Positions 49,628-60,000 of a stretch of 64,000 nt of DNA are shown piece after piece (position 1 is the stretch's first letter; each line of letters starts with the position of its first letter). The notes beneath the pieces are model-generated. The model did no database searches. It was not told the DNA's origin and saw only the letters and a program-made list of their open reading frames with translations. The stretch is from Myxococcales bacterium. Its GTDB lineage: Bacteria; Myxococcota_A; Polyangia; Polyangiales; Houyiibacteriaceae. The position numbers and the translations under genes are program-made. The stretch spans positions 141 through 64,140 of the forward strand of contig JAHEEE010000007.1 in assembly GCA_024640845.1 (NCBI GenBank). The letters are read 5' to 3'.

Positions 49628-49927
49628 TCAGACTTCGAAGTTCCAGGCTTTGCGGACCTCGATGCGGGGCATCGCGTAGCCGTCGACGTAGCCACGATGG
49701 GCCGGGTCCGGAATGTAGGCCTTCACGTCTTCCATCGAATCGAAGCAGACGGTGATCGCGATGTCCCAGCTTGCTTCGGAGGCTTCATCGGCCGGGGCGC
49801 CCACGGTGACGCTTCGAACCTGACTCAGCGCACCAAGGTCCTTGCGCGTTCGCTCCACGAACTCGGCGCGGGCCGCGTCGTTGGAGTATTCGTTCTTGAG
49901 CTTGAAGAGCACGATCCGTTGAATCAT
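49628..49927 (-). CDS. Dabb family (stress-responsive A/B barrel) protein
   Basis: MIQRIVLFKLK...FDSMED..AY...PAH. Confidence 0.85.
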   Translation of the reverse strand: MIQRIVLFKLKNEYSNDAARAEFVERTRKDLGALSQVRSVTVGAPADEASEASWDIAITVCFDSMEDVKAYIPDPAHRGYVDGYAMPRIEVRKAWNFEV

Positions 49928-49931
49928 CCCT

Positions 49932-50984
49932 TTATCCAATCCCGACGAGGCCGCAGGCGATCGCGGCGAGGTGCGGCACGGCGGCGCCAAACATCGAGGC
50001 CTCCGTCGAGCTCGCGTTTCCGTCGATGCTGCGCTTGTACACGCCCTGCGCGATCGCGGCGAGGCGGAACAACGAGAAGGCCTTGTAGTAATTGAGGTCT
50101 GGAACACCATCGCGTCCGACGAGCTCGCAGTAGCGCGCGACGAACGCATCTTCCGTCGGGATACCGCTCGTGTCGAAGTCGACGCCCGCCAAGCCACCGA
50201 TCTTCGGAAGAGTCACGTCGTACAACATGCAGGTGTACGCCAGGTCCGATAGAGGGTGACCGAGCGTGGAAAGCTCCCAGTCGATGACCGCGAGCGCGCG
50301 CGGCTCCGTCGGGTGAAAAATGAGGTTGTCCAGTCGGTAGTCACCGTGGACGAGCGACGTTGCCTCGTCATCGGGGATGTTTGCGGGCAACCACTCCATC
50401 AGCCGGTTCATCGGCGCCACGTCGGCCGTTTGGGACGCGACGTACTGCTTGGTCCATCGGTTCACCTGACGCGCGACGTAGGCGTCCGGCCGTCCATAGT
50501 CCGCAAGGCCCGTGGCATCGAGATCAACCGAATGAATGGCCGCCAAGACCCGGGTGAGCTCCTCGTAAACAGCCGCCCGCTCACTCGATGCTAGCTCGGG
50601 CAGCTGCACGTTCCAGAAAATCCTTCCTTGGACATACTCCATCACGAAGAACGGCGTGCCGATGACGGAGTCGTCCTCGCAAAGCGCGTACATCGTTGCC
50701 GTCGGCACGTCGGTGTCACGCAAGGCGTGCATCACCCGGTATTCCCGGTCGACCATGTGCGCCGACTGCAAGAGCTTCCCGGGCGGCTTCTTGCGGAGCG
50801 CGTACTGACGCTCGCGATCCGCAAGCCAATACGTCGGGTTCGATTGGCCTCCCTTGAACTGACACACCTGGAGCGAGCCGGTGTAGCCATCCACGTGCTC
50901 CGACATCCAAGCGTCGAGCCGCGCTTCGTCGAAGCGATGGGCTTCGCGAACGGGTCCTGCATTTTTCGGGGGCACCGGCGGCAT
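49932..50984 (-). CDS. Phosphotransferase family protein (ACAD10/11 kinase domain / LvaA-like)
   Basis: QFKGGQSNPTY, KKPPGKLL..AH.VDREY, HGDYRLDN, DWELSTLGHP. Confidence 0.9.
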   Translation of the reverse strand: MPPVPPKNAGPVREAHRFDEARLDAWMSEHVDGYTGSLQVCQFKGGQSNPTYWLADRERQYALRKKPPGKLLQSAHMVDREYRVMHALRDTDVPTATMYALCEDDSVIGTPFFVMEYVQGRIFWNVQLPELASSERAAVYEELTRVLAAIHSVDLDATGLADYGRPDAYVARQVNRWTKQYVASQTADVAPMNRLMEWLPANIPDDEATSLVHGDYRLDNLIFHPTEPRALAVIDWELSTLGHPLSDLAYTCMLYDVTLPKIGGLAGVDFDTSGIPTEDAFVARYCELVGRDGVPDLNYYKAFSLFRLAAIAQGVYKRSIDGNASSTEASMFGAAVPHLAAIACGLVGIG

Positions 50985-51044
50985 AGGTCCTCGCTTTCGG
51001 AAGGTCGGGAGCTTATCATGCCTCGCCATATCCGGAGGATGTCG

Positions 51045-52256
51045 ATGGACTTCAGTACACCGCCCGAGCTCCAGGATCTCCTACAACGCGCGGGCGCGTT
51101 CATGGAAGCGGAGGTCTACCCGCTCGAAGACGCCGCGCGCGAATCCTTCGAGGACGCGCTCGAAGCCTGCAACGAGGCTCGCGAGCGCTGCAAAGCAGCC
51201 GGACTCTGGGCGCCGCAGATGCCTCCCGAGTACGGCGGCATGGGCCTTGGCTTCTTGCCGCACGCGCACATGAGCGAAATCCTGGGCCGAAGTCCCCTCG
51301 GCCACTACGTGTTCGGCTGCCAGGCGCCCGACGCGGGCAACATGGAAATCCTACACAAGTTCGGCACGGCCGAGCAGCAGGATCGATGGCTTCGTCCGCT
51401 CGCCGCCGGCCAGATTCGGAGCTGCTTTTCGATGACCGAGCCCGGTCGCGCCGGCTCCAATCCGACCTGGATGGACACCACGGCAGTCCGAGACGGCAAC
51501 GAGTGGGTCATCAACGGCCGCAAGTGGTTTACGAGTGGCGGCCACCTAGCCGATTTTGCCATCGTCATGGCGGTCACCAGCCCGGACACGACACCGCACA
51601 AGCGCGCGAGCCAGATCATCGTCCCGACCGACACGCCCGGCTTCAGGCACGTGCGGCGTCTCTCGATCATGGGCGACCTCGGCTATGGCTGGCAGAGCCA
51701 TTCGGAGATCGCCTACGAAGACTGCCGCGTGCCCGTCGACAATCTCCTCGGACAAGAGGGGTTCGGCTTCATGATCGCCCAAGAACGCCTCGGTCCGGGC
51801 CGAATCCACCACTGCATGCGATGGTTGGGCATCTGCGAGCGAGCCTTCGACATGATGTGTGCGCGCGCGTCCGAGCGGCTCATTGCGCCGGGGCGCCCGC
51901 TCGGTAGTCAGCAGGTCATTCAGCACTGGATCGCCGAGAGCCGTGCCGAAATCGATTCGGCGAGGCTATTGGTCTACCAAGCCGCATGGAAAATCGATCG
52001 CGAGGGGACACGGGCGGCCCGAAACGAGATCTCCGCCATCAAGTTCCACGCGGCAGGGGTTCTTCAGCGTGTCATCGATCGCGCGATTCAGGTGCACGGC
52101 GGTCTCGGGATGACCGACGATACCCCCCTCTCCTGGTTCTTTCGGCACGAGCGAGCCGCACGGATCTACGATGGCCCGGATGAAGTTCACAAAACCGTCC
52201 TCGCTCGAACGATTCTCAAGAAGTACGGCATTGAGCTAGGGTCCCAAGGGAGCTAG
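51045..52256 (+). CDS. Acyl-CoA dehydrogenase (ACAD10/11 / LvaC-like)
   Basis: APDAGNME, FSMTEP, QERLGPGRIHHCMR, DGPDEVH; RBS GGAGG. Confidence 0.92.
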   Translation: MDFSTPPELQDLLQRAGAFMEAEVYPLEDAARESFEDALEACNEARERCKAAGLWAPQMPPEYGGMGLGFLPHAHMSEILGRSPLGHYVFGCQAPDAGNMEILHKFGTAEQQDRWLRPLAAGQIRSCFSMTEPGRAGSNPTWMDTTAVRDGNEWVINGRKWFTSGGHLADFAIVMAVTSPDTTPHKRASQIIVPTDTPGFRHVRRLSIMGDLGYGWQSHSEIAYEDCRVPVDNLLGQEGFGFMIAQERLGPGRIHHCMRWLGICERAFDMMCARASERLIAPGRPLGSQQVIQHWIAESRAEIDSARLLVYQAAWKIDREGTRAARNEISAIKFHAAGVLQRVIDRAIQVHGGLGMTDDTPLSWFFRHERAARIYDGPDEVHKTVLARTILKKYGIELGSQGS

Positions 52257-52266
52257 GTTTCCCCGC

Positions 52267-53718
52267 GTGAGGTGGGCCACGAACTCGCGCTTGAGCTTCA
52301 GGGGCTTTCTGGTCGCCTGTGTGTTCCTGTGCGGAGCGCAGGCCGCCTTCGGTCAAAAAGCTGAAAAGAAGGACGCCGCCGACTCGGGCTACAGACCCGC
52401 GCCGAGCGCCAACGTCGCTGGCGACGTGCAGTCGCTTCCCATCGACGCGCCATCTGGAAGTAAGGTCGTCGTGGTCGCGATCGACCGAACCGTCGAGCTC
52501 GGCCTGGCAGCCTTCGTCCGTCGCGCCATCGAGGACAACACGGATGCGGCCGCCATCATCCTCGAAGTGAACACCCTCGGCGGGCGGGTCGACGCGGCCA
52601 TTCAGATTCGCGATGCGATCCTCGAAGCCAAGCCCCGAACGGTGGCCTTCATTCATCCACGGGCGATCAGCGCAGGTGCCTTGATCAGCCTCGCCTGTGA
52701 CAACGTCCTGATGAGCGAGGGCGCAACCATCGGCGCGGTGACCCCGGTTCAGGCAGGCGGCGGACAAGCCGAAGCCGTAGGCGAGAAGATGGTCTCCTAC
52801 ATGCGCGCCGAGATGCGCACGACTGCCGAAGCCAACGGGCGACGGGGGGACATCGCCGAAGCGATGGTGGACCGCGAAGTCGTGATCGACGGCGTCGTCG
52901 ACGCCGGGAAGCTTCTGACGCTCGATACCGACCAAGCGATCAAGTTGGGGATGGCCGACGGCCGAGTCGACGACCTCGACTCCATATTCGAAGCGCTGAC
53001 GCTGACGTCGCCGCTGGTCGTCAACTCGACGCTCAACTGGGGCGAGGAGATCGCTCGTTGGCTGACCGAGCCCACCGTGAGTGGCCTCCTGCTGTCAGTC
53101 GGCATGCTCGGTCTGATGATCGCGTTCTACACGCGCACGGTCGGGGCCTTCACCGTTGCCGGCTTCGTCGCGCTCGCGCTGTTCTTCGGAGGGCACGCGG
53201 TCGTTCATCTGGTCGGCTGGGAGGAGGCCCTGCTGTTCTTGACTGGCGTCATTCTCGTGATCGTCGAGATCTTTTTCGTTCCGGGATTCGGTGTGCCCGG
53301 CGTACTCGGGTTGATCTGTGTGATCAGCGCCCTCGTGCTTTCATTGGTCGGCATGCCGATCAACGTCTCGTTTCAAACCGGGCTGCTCGCGGATGCCATG
53401 ACCCGCGTTCTGCTCTCGCTCCTCGGGGCGTTCGTCTTGGCATTGGTCGTAATGCGCATGCTTTCGCGGACGTCGTTCGGCAAAGCGTTGGTTTTGGAGC
53501 AAGCAGAATCGGGCTGGCTGTCGGCGCCGACGGCGTCGGACCTCGTCGGCCAGGTCGGTGAAGCCTTGACCGACCTTCGCCCGGCGGGGAAGATCGTGAT
53601 CGACGGAAAACGCTACGAAGCCGCCAGCGAGCGTGAGTTCGTGCCGCGGGGCTCTCGCGTCCGTGTCGTCGGCAAAGACGGGCCGGAGCTCATCGTCCGC
53701 GCCGAGGAGGACGGATGA
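52267..53718 (+). CDS. nfeD: Long-form NfeD (ClpP-like serine protease domain + TM region + OB fold)
   Basis: NTLGGRVDAA, AISAGALI, EKMVSYMRA; FFVPGFG; TDLRPAGK. Confidence 0.88.
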   Translation: MRWATNSRLSFRGFLVACVFLCGAQAAFGQKAEKKDAADSGYRPAPSANVAGDVQSLPIDAPSGSKVVVVAIDRTVELGLAAFVRRAIEDNTDAAAIILEVNTLGGRVDAAIQIRDAILEAKPRTVAFIHPRAISAGALISLACDNVLMSEGATIGAVTPVQAGGGQAEAVGEKMVSYMRAEMRTTAEANGRRGDIAEAMVDREVVIDGVVDAGKLLTLDTDQAIKLGMADGRVDDLDSIFEALTLTSPLVVNSTLNWGEEIARWLTEPTVSGLLLSVGMLGLMIAFYTRTVGAFTVAGFVALALFFGGHAVVHLVGWEEALLFLTGVILVIVEIFFVPGFGVPGVLGLICVISALVLSLVGMPINVSFQTGLLADAMTRVLLSLLGAFVLALVVMRMLSRTSFGKALVLEQAESGWLSAPTASDLVGQVGEALTDLRPAGKIVIDGKRYEAASEREFVPRGSRVRVVGKDGPELIVRAEEDG

Positions 53719-54185
53719 CCGCAACCGTGATCATCGTCGTCCTGGTGATCGGCCTACTGCTCCTCTTCACCGAGGTCGCGGTCGTCCCAGGCTTCGGTGT
53801 TGCGGGCGTCCTCGGCGTTCTCGCCCTCGGCGCCGGCGCAGTGGCAGCATGGACCGAGCTCGGCCCTCTTTGGGGCGGGGTCTCCGGCGGCGTATCGGTA
53901 CTCGCCGCGGTTGCCATGCTGTTCTGGCTGCCGAAAAGCCGTGCCGGCCGAAAGATGATCTTGGAGCACAGCCAAGTCGACGCTCATTCTCAGCGAGACC
54001 GAAGTGAGTTACTCGGGCAGCGGGGCGTGACGGTGACGCCGCTTCGCCCCGTCGGCCGAGTGCGCTTTGGATCGACAGAAGTCGATGTGATGACCGAAGG
54101 CGAGTACGTCGACAGCCACCAAGAAGTCGAAGTCACGACCGTGGAAGGTTCACGCGTGGTCGTCCGAATCCCCGATGCCACCTAG
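53715..54185 (+). CDS. Short NfeD-like protein (TM + OB fold)
   Basis: EVAVVPGFGVAG, GVTVTPLRPVG; ATGA overlap with upstream gene. Confidence 0.88.
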   Translation: MTATVIIVVLVIGLLLLFTEVAVVPGFGVAGVLGVLALGAGAVAAWTELGPLWGGVSGGVSVLAAVAMLFWLPKSRAGRKMILEHSQVDAHSQRDRSELLGQRGVTVTPLRPVGRVRFGSTEVDVMTEGEYVDSHQEVEVTTVEGSRVVVRIPDAT

Positions 54186-54197
54186 GAAGGAAGCCCA

Positions 54198-55181
54198 ATG
54201 CAATTCGCTCCCCTTGCCCTGATATTTCTACTCATCATCGTCGTTTTCGTCCTGTTCGTCTGGCTGATCCCGGTACGGCTTTGGATCGCCGCCTGGTCGA
54301 GCGGCGCACGGGTCGGCTTCGGCGAGCTGATCGGTATGCGCCTACGCCGGGTTTCCCCGGGAGCGGTCGTCAATCCCCGCATCGCAGCGGTCAAGGCGGG
54401 CATCGCCACCGAGACGAACATCCTAGAATCCCACTATCTCGCCGGCGGGAATGTCGAGCGAGTGGTCAATGCGCTCATCAGCGCGGACAAAGCGGGCATC
54501 GACCTCGAGTTCTCGCAAGCCGCAGCGATCGACCTCGCGGGCCGCGACGTTCTCGAAGCCGTCCAGACGAGCGTCAACCCTCGCGTCATCACGACGCCGA
54601 AGATCACCGCCGTCGCGAAAGACGGAATTCAGCTTCTAGTCGTCACGCGGATCACCGTGCGGTCCAACATCGACCGCTTGGTCGGCGGGGCCACCGAGGA
54701 AACCGTCGTCGCGCGTGTTGGCGAGGGCATCGTGTCGACGATCGGTTCTTCCATGAACTACGCTGAGGTACTCGAGAACCCGGACAGCATCTCCAAAAAC
54801 GTGCTCGCGCGCGGTCTCGACAGCGGTACTGCGTTCAACATCCTCTCGATCGACATCGCCGACGTCGACGTAGGCACCAACATCGGCGCCAAGCTGATGA
54901 CCGAGCAGGCGGAAGCCGACAAGCAGGTCGCCCAAGCGCGGGCGGAAGGACGGCGCGCGTTGGCCGTCGCAGCCGAACAGGAGATGCGGGCGAAGGTCGA
55001 GGAGATGCGCGCCCGACTCGTCGAAGCCGAAGCGAAGATTCCCGAGGCCATGGCCGAGGCGCTCAAGGCAGGCAACCTCGGGGTGATGGACTACTACAAC
55101 CTTCGGAACGTAGCGGCCGACACCGAGATGCGAGACGCGATCGGCAAAGCGACGGGCGGCGACGATGAAGGCCAAATCTAA
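54198..55181 (+). CDS. floA: Flotillin-like protein FloA (YqfA family)
   Basis: [56 protein letters not shown]. Confidence 0.93.
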   Translation: MQFAPLALIFLLIIVVFVLFVWLIPVRLWIAAWSSGARVGFGELIGMRLRRVSPGAVVNPRIAAVKAGIATETNILESHYLAGGNVERVVNALISADKAGIDLEFSQAAAIDLAGRDVLEAVQTSVNPRVITTPKITAVAKDGIQLLVVTRITVRSNIDRLVGGATEETVVARVGEGIVSTIGSSMNYAEVLENPDSISKNVLARGLDSGTAFNILSIDIADVDVGTNIGAKLMTEQAEADKQVAQARAEGRRALAVAAEQEMRAKVEEMRARLVEAEAKIPEAMAEALKAGNLGVMDYYNLRNVAADTEMRDAIGKATGGDDEGQI

Positions 55182-55317
55182 GGCCCGACCTCTCGCCAAG
55201 CTCAGCGCGCAACCACATACGTTCGTCGCGCGTCTGATCCTCGCGGACCTCATTTCGAAGCGCGGCGAAGGGCCGCTCGAACGCAAGCGGCTGCTGTACT
55301 GGCCGAGGAAGCGCTGA
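55165..55317 (+). CDS. 50-aa basic small ORF (not in the ORF track)
   Basis: [50 protein letters not shown]; overlaps floA end by 17 nt and stops 6 nt before the next ATG. Confidence 0.45.
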   Translation: MKAKSKARPLAKLSAQPHTFVARLILADLISKRGEGPLERKRLLYWPRKR

Positions 55318-55323
55318 GCCGAG

Positions 55324-56952
55324 ATGCCGGACTGGCTCAGCGAGCACGTCGGTGAGATCGCGCTGCTGATCTACATCGTCTATCCGTTGATCAAACGATG
55401 GTGGGACCGGCGGAAGGAGCGACGGGAGCGGAAAGAGACACGGACGCAGACACCAAAGCAGACGCAGACGAAGACGAGCACACAGGCAAAGACGCGTGCG
55501 ACCACACAGGCAAAGACGCGGACGAGCGCGCAAGCGAAGACGGCGCAACAAACAGAGAGTCGCCCTAAAGAGGCTCAGTTTCTCGAGGCTGCTCGGAAGC
55601 GACTCAACCGATTGAAGCAAGAGACCTCGCGCCTCTTGCTGAGGGCGCAGACCGATCCGCGGCTCGCTCGCTTGGCGCCTGCGCTCGGGAAGGACTTGCT
55701 CGGGCGCATCGAGCCGATCGAGCGCTCCCTGCGGGGAAATCCGACGATCTCGACCGTCGTGCAAGACGCGACGCTGATCCAGGGGCTCGAAGAGCTCCTT
55801 CGGTACCTGAGCGCGATGGCGCAGCAGCGCACGTCGGGACGATCCTCGTTCCTCGCAGACGCCGATGCGATGGCAGATGCCTGCTACGCGCCCATCCTCG
55901 AATTCGCAGCCGTCCAGGGACTCGACCTTCGAACCACCCGGCCCGTGTCGGTGGCGGGAGATTGGAGCCTGTCGATCGTTCCGCGATTCGCGTCCACGCG
56001 CGTGGCTCCTCTTCGCCTACCGGCTGGGTTCGACGACAACCTCTGGCGTTGGCCCGCAATTGCACACGAGGTCGCGCACGATTTCTACTTCAGCTTGGAG
56101 ACCATCGAACGCGACCTTCGCGGCCGTCTTGGCCTTCCTCATCGTGTCGAAGTGCCGATGTCGGAGATGGAGCTCGATGGTGGCTGGCTTCGCCGGATCT
56201 ACGGCGCTTGGCTGCCGGAAGTGTTCGCCGACCTGTTGGGAGCCCTCATGCTCGGACCTGCCTACGTGGAAACGATGGTCCGCTCGTTCCGAAACCCGGG
56301 CTCCCCGCAAAGAACCGCCGCGATTTTTCAGGACGGCGGGGTCATCGACGAACATCCGCCAGAGCGACTACGTGTCTACATGGCAACTCGGGTGCTGCAC
56401 CACCTCGGACGGCACGAATCGGCCGACGAGCTTTGGGAGCGCTGGCAGAACGACCACCCCGATGTTCGCTTCTACTACCTGCCGCTCGGCGGAGATTGGG
56501 TCGGCCTCTCGGAAGAGAGCATGCATGCAGTAGCAGACTCGATGCTAGACGTCCTCTTGCAGCAACCTTGGCCGGAGCTCGACGGTTTTCAGCTCCTCAA
56601 CATCCCGGGCCTTGCATACCTTCACGCTGAGCATGCCAAGGTCGAACGCTTGATGAGCCCCCTCGCAGATGGCGAGCTGGTCGATGCCGACCCACGGTGG
56701 ATCATCGCGGCCGCGGTGCTGGCGGCGAAGGCGCAACCGACGCTGCACGACAGGATCCTCGACGCGGCGCGGCGCTCGATTCGGGGGATCGGGGAGCAAA
56801 TCGAGCTCGAAGAGACTGCGCCGAAGGAACGCGCGCCCGCCGGCAACATCGGAGCGGAGTTGGTTGCATCCTCGAGGCGCCCGGACGCGATCCGGGAGGC
56901 GGTCGCGCTCGGAGCCGCGTTGACGCCCTACCGACGCCCCCGCTGGCGCTGA
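55324..56952 (+). CDS. Membrane-anchored protein with HExxH motif (putative zinc metallopeptidase)
   Basis: N-terminal TM, TQAKTR-type repeats, HEVAH (248-252), EVFAD (299), HPPERLR (344). Confidence 0.65.
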   Translation: MPDWLSEHVGEIALLIYIVYPLIKRWWDRRKERRERKETRTQTPKQTQTKTSTQAKTRATTQAKTRTSAQAKTAQQTESRPKEAQFLEAARKRLNRLKQETSRLLLRAQTDPRLARLAPALGKDLLGRIEPIERSLRGNPTISTVVQDATLIQGLEELLRYLSAMAQQRTSGRSSFLADADAMADACYAPILEFAAVQGLDLRTTRPVSVAGDWSLSIVPRFASTRVAPLRLPAGFDDNLWRWPAIAHEVAHDFYFSLETIERDLRGRLGLPHRVEVPMSEMELDGGWLRRIYGAWLPEVFADLLGALMLGPAYVETMVRSFRNPGSPQRTAAIFQDGGVIDEHPPERLRVYMATRVLHHLGRHESADELWERWQNDHPDVRFYYLPLGGDWVGLSEESMHAVADSMLDVLLQQPWPELDGFQLLNIPGLAYLHAEHAKVERLMSPLADGELVDADPRWIIAAAVLAAKAQPTLHDRILDAARRSIRGIGEQIELEETAPKERAPAGNIGAELVASSRRPDAIREAVALGAALTPYRRPRWR

Positions 56953-57032
56953 CCCCGTAGAGTGCCTTCGCCACCACGGGGCTCCGGGCTGTCCCCGTAG
57001 AGTGACTTCGTCACCACGGGGCTGCGCGCTGT
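56953..57032. repeat. Two tandem 40-bp palindromic units (REP/BIME-like)
   Basis: CCCCGTAGAGTG(C/A)CTTCG(C/T)CACCACGGGGCT(C/G)CG(G/C)GCTGT twice; 4 differences. Confidence 0.85.
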
Positions 57033-57075
57033 TTGGGGGGTATCGGTTCGGGTGGCTCGGTGCTAGAGAGGGTCG

Positions 57076-60000
57076 ATGAGTCTTGCTGGGTTTCACCCTG
57101 CTGTTGCGACCTGGTTCGAGCGCACATTCGGCGAGCCGACGCCGCCGCAGGTCGAAGGTTGGCCGGCCATTCGGGAAGGCAGGCACACGCTGATCGCGTC
57201 CCCCACGGGCTCAGGGAAAACACTCGCTGCCTTCCTTTGCGCCATCGACGAGCTCGTGCAGCGCGGCCTTCGCGGCGGTCTCGATGATGTGGTGAGCGTT
57301 CTCTACATCTCGCCGCTGAAGGCGCTCAGCAACGACATCGAGAAGAACCTGCAGGCTCCCCTCGAAGGGATTCGGGGAACGCTCGAAGAGCTCGGTTACC
57401 GGGACATCGACATCCGCACTGCCGTTCGCACGGGGGACACCCCGTCTCACAAACGCGCCAAGATGGTGAAGAAGCCGCCACACATCTTCGTGACCACGCC
57501 CGAGTCGCTCTACATCCTGCTCACGAGCGAGGGCGGGCGACGCATGTTGTCCCACGTGCGCACCGTGATCGTGGACGAGATCCATGCGGTCGTGACCAAC
57601 AAACGGGGCGCCCATCTCGCCCTCTCGCTCGAGCGACTGCAAGAGCTCGTCGGTCGCGACATCACACGAATTGGTCTATCCGCAACGCAGAACCCGATCG
57701 AAGACGTCGCTCGCTTCTTGGTGGGCGCTGGCGGCGAGTCGGGTCCTGAGCACGTCTGCCGGATCGTCGATGTGGGGCATCAGCGTGAGATGGATGTGTC
57801 GATGGAGCTGCCCGGATCGCCCCTCGAAACGGTGATGTCCCACGAGGTATTCGAGGAGATCTACGGGAAGCTGGCCGCTCTGATCGAAGCGCACCGGACG
57901 ACCCTCGTGTTCGTCAATACGCGAAAGCTCGCGGAACGCGTCACCCGACACCTCGCGGAGCTTCTCGGCGAAGACGAAGTGGCCGCACACCACGGGAGCC
58001 TCTCGCGGGCGCATCGTTTGGACACCGAGCGCCGACTGAAGTCGGGACAGCTTCGTGCAGTGGTGGCGACAGCCTCGCTCGAGCTGGGAATCGACGTCGG
58101 CGACGTGGACCTCGTGTGCCAGCTCGGTTCTCCGCATTCGGTCGGAACGTTCCTGCAACGCGTCGGGCGCTCCGGCCATTGGCATGGCGGCACACCGAAG
58201 GGCCGACTCTTCCCGTTGAGCCGCGACGACCTCGTCGAATGCGCAGCCCTCATGCGTTGCGTTCGGCGCGGTGAGCTCGATCGCATTCGAATCCCCGAGG
58301 GCTCGATCGACATCTTGGCACAACAGATCGTGGCATCGGCCGCGGCCCGGGAGGAGTGGGCCGAGAGCGAGCTGCTGCAATGGGTGAGGCGCGCATGGCC
58401 CTACCGAAACCTCGGCGAGGACAGCTTCAATCAAGTGCTCGAGGTGCTATCGGAGGGCTTCGCAACGAGCCGCGGACGGCGCGGGGCATATCTCCACCGA
58501 GACGAGGTCAACCGCCGCATCCGCCCGCGACGGAGCGCTCGCCTCACCGCCATCACGAACGGGGGCGCGATCCCGGACAACTTCGACTACGAGGTCCGCC
58601 TCGAGCCTGAAGGACTGCGCGTCGGCACTGTGAACGAAGACCTGGCCCTCGAGAGCGCGGCGGGCGACATCTTTCAGCTCGGCAACCATTCGTACCAAAT
58701 CCTCGGTGTCCAGACGGGTGTGGTGCGGGTCGCGGACGCAGCCGGGAAGCCGGCGACCTTACCATTCTGGTTCGGCGAGGCACCGGCTCGCGCGGACCTT
58801 CTCTCCGAATCGGTCAACGAGATCCGGGAAGGAATCGAGGCTCGGCACCATGACTTGACCGAGGTCATCTCGTGGCTGAGCGCCGAGACGTCGATCGGCG
58901 ACATCGCTGCGAGACAGCTCGGCGAGTACCTTGTCGGGGCGCGCATCGCGCTCGACGCCATGCCGACCCGCAACAGGGTGGTCCTCGAAAGGTTTTTCGA
59001 CGAGACCGGCGCCATGCACCTCGTGCTCCACGCGCCATTCGGAAGCCGCATCAATCGCGCTTGGGGCCTCTCGCTCCGGAAGCGCTTCTGCCGTAGCTTC
59101 AACGTCGAGTTGCAGGCGGCCGCCACGGAAGACGCGATCGTGCTCTCTCTCGGTCCCACCCACAGCTTTCCACTCGAAGACGTCTTCCAGTTTTTGCGTC
59201 CGGAAAACGTTCGCCAAGTACTCGTCCAGGCGATGCTCGACGCGCCGATGTTCCAAACGCGATGGAGGTGGAACGCCACGCGAGCGCTCGCGCTGCTTCG
59301 TTTCAGGGGTGGGAAGAAAGTGCCGCCCCCGTTCCAACGCATGCAGGCGGACGACTTGCTGGCCTTGTGTTTCCCCGACCAGGTGGCCTGCCTCGAGAAC
59401 GTCGCCGGCGACCGCGAGGTTCCGGACCACCCACTCGTCCGGCAAACGATCGATGATTGCCTTCACGAGGCGATGGACATCGAGGGCCTGGAGGCGTTGC
59501 TTCAGCGCATGCAGGGGGGCGAGCTCGATCTGGTGGCGCGCGATTTGACGGAGCCCTCCCCTCTCGCTCAAGAAATTTTGAACGCCAAACCCTACGCATT
59601 CCTCGACGACGCCCCGCTCGAGGAACGGCGCACCCACGCAGTGATGTCGCGCCGATGGCTCGATCCGACCCGGGCGTCCGACCTCGGGGCACTCGACCAG
59701 GACGCCATCGATCGGGTTCGCGGCGAAGCGTGGCCCGACCCGCGGGACACGGAAGAGATGCACGACGGTCTCTTACTTCACTATTGCGTGACCGAGGCGG
59801 AGGCGCGCGCTGGAGGGTGGCTCGGGTGGTTGGACGAGCTCGCAGCGGCCGGTCGGGCAACGCGGTTCATCGTCGAGAGCAACGTCATGTGGACCGCTGC
59901 AGAGCGGCTGCCAGTCCTCGAAGCGGCGTGGCCGTCGGGCCGGCCGCAAGCTCTCGTGGCCGTGCCTGAACGCCATCGCGCGGAGCGCTGGACGACCGAG

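Noticed and set aside
56953-57032. CRISPR array
   Set aside because: Only two abutting units, no spacers, no cas genes
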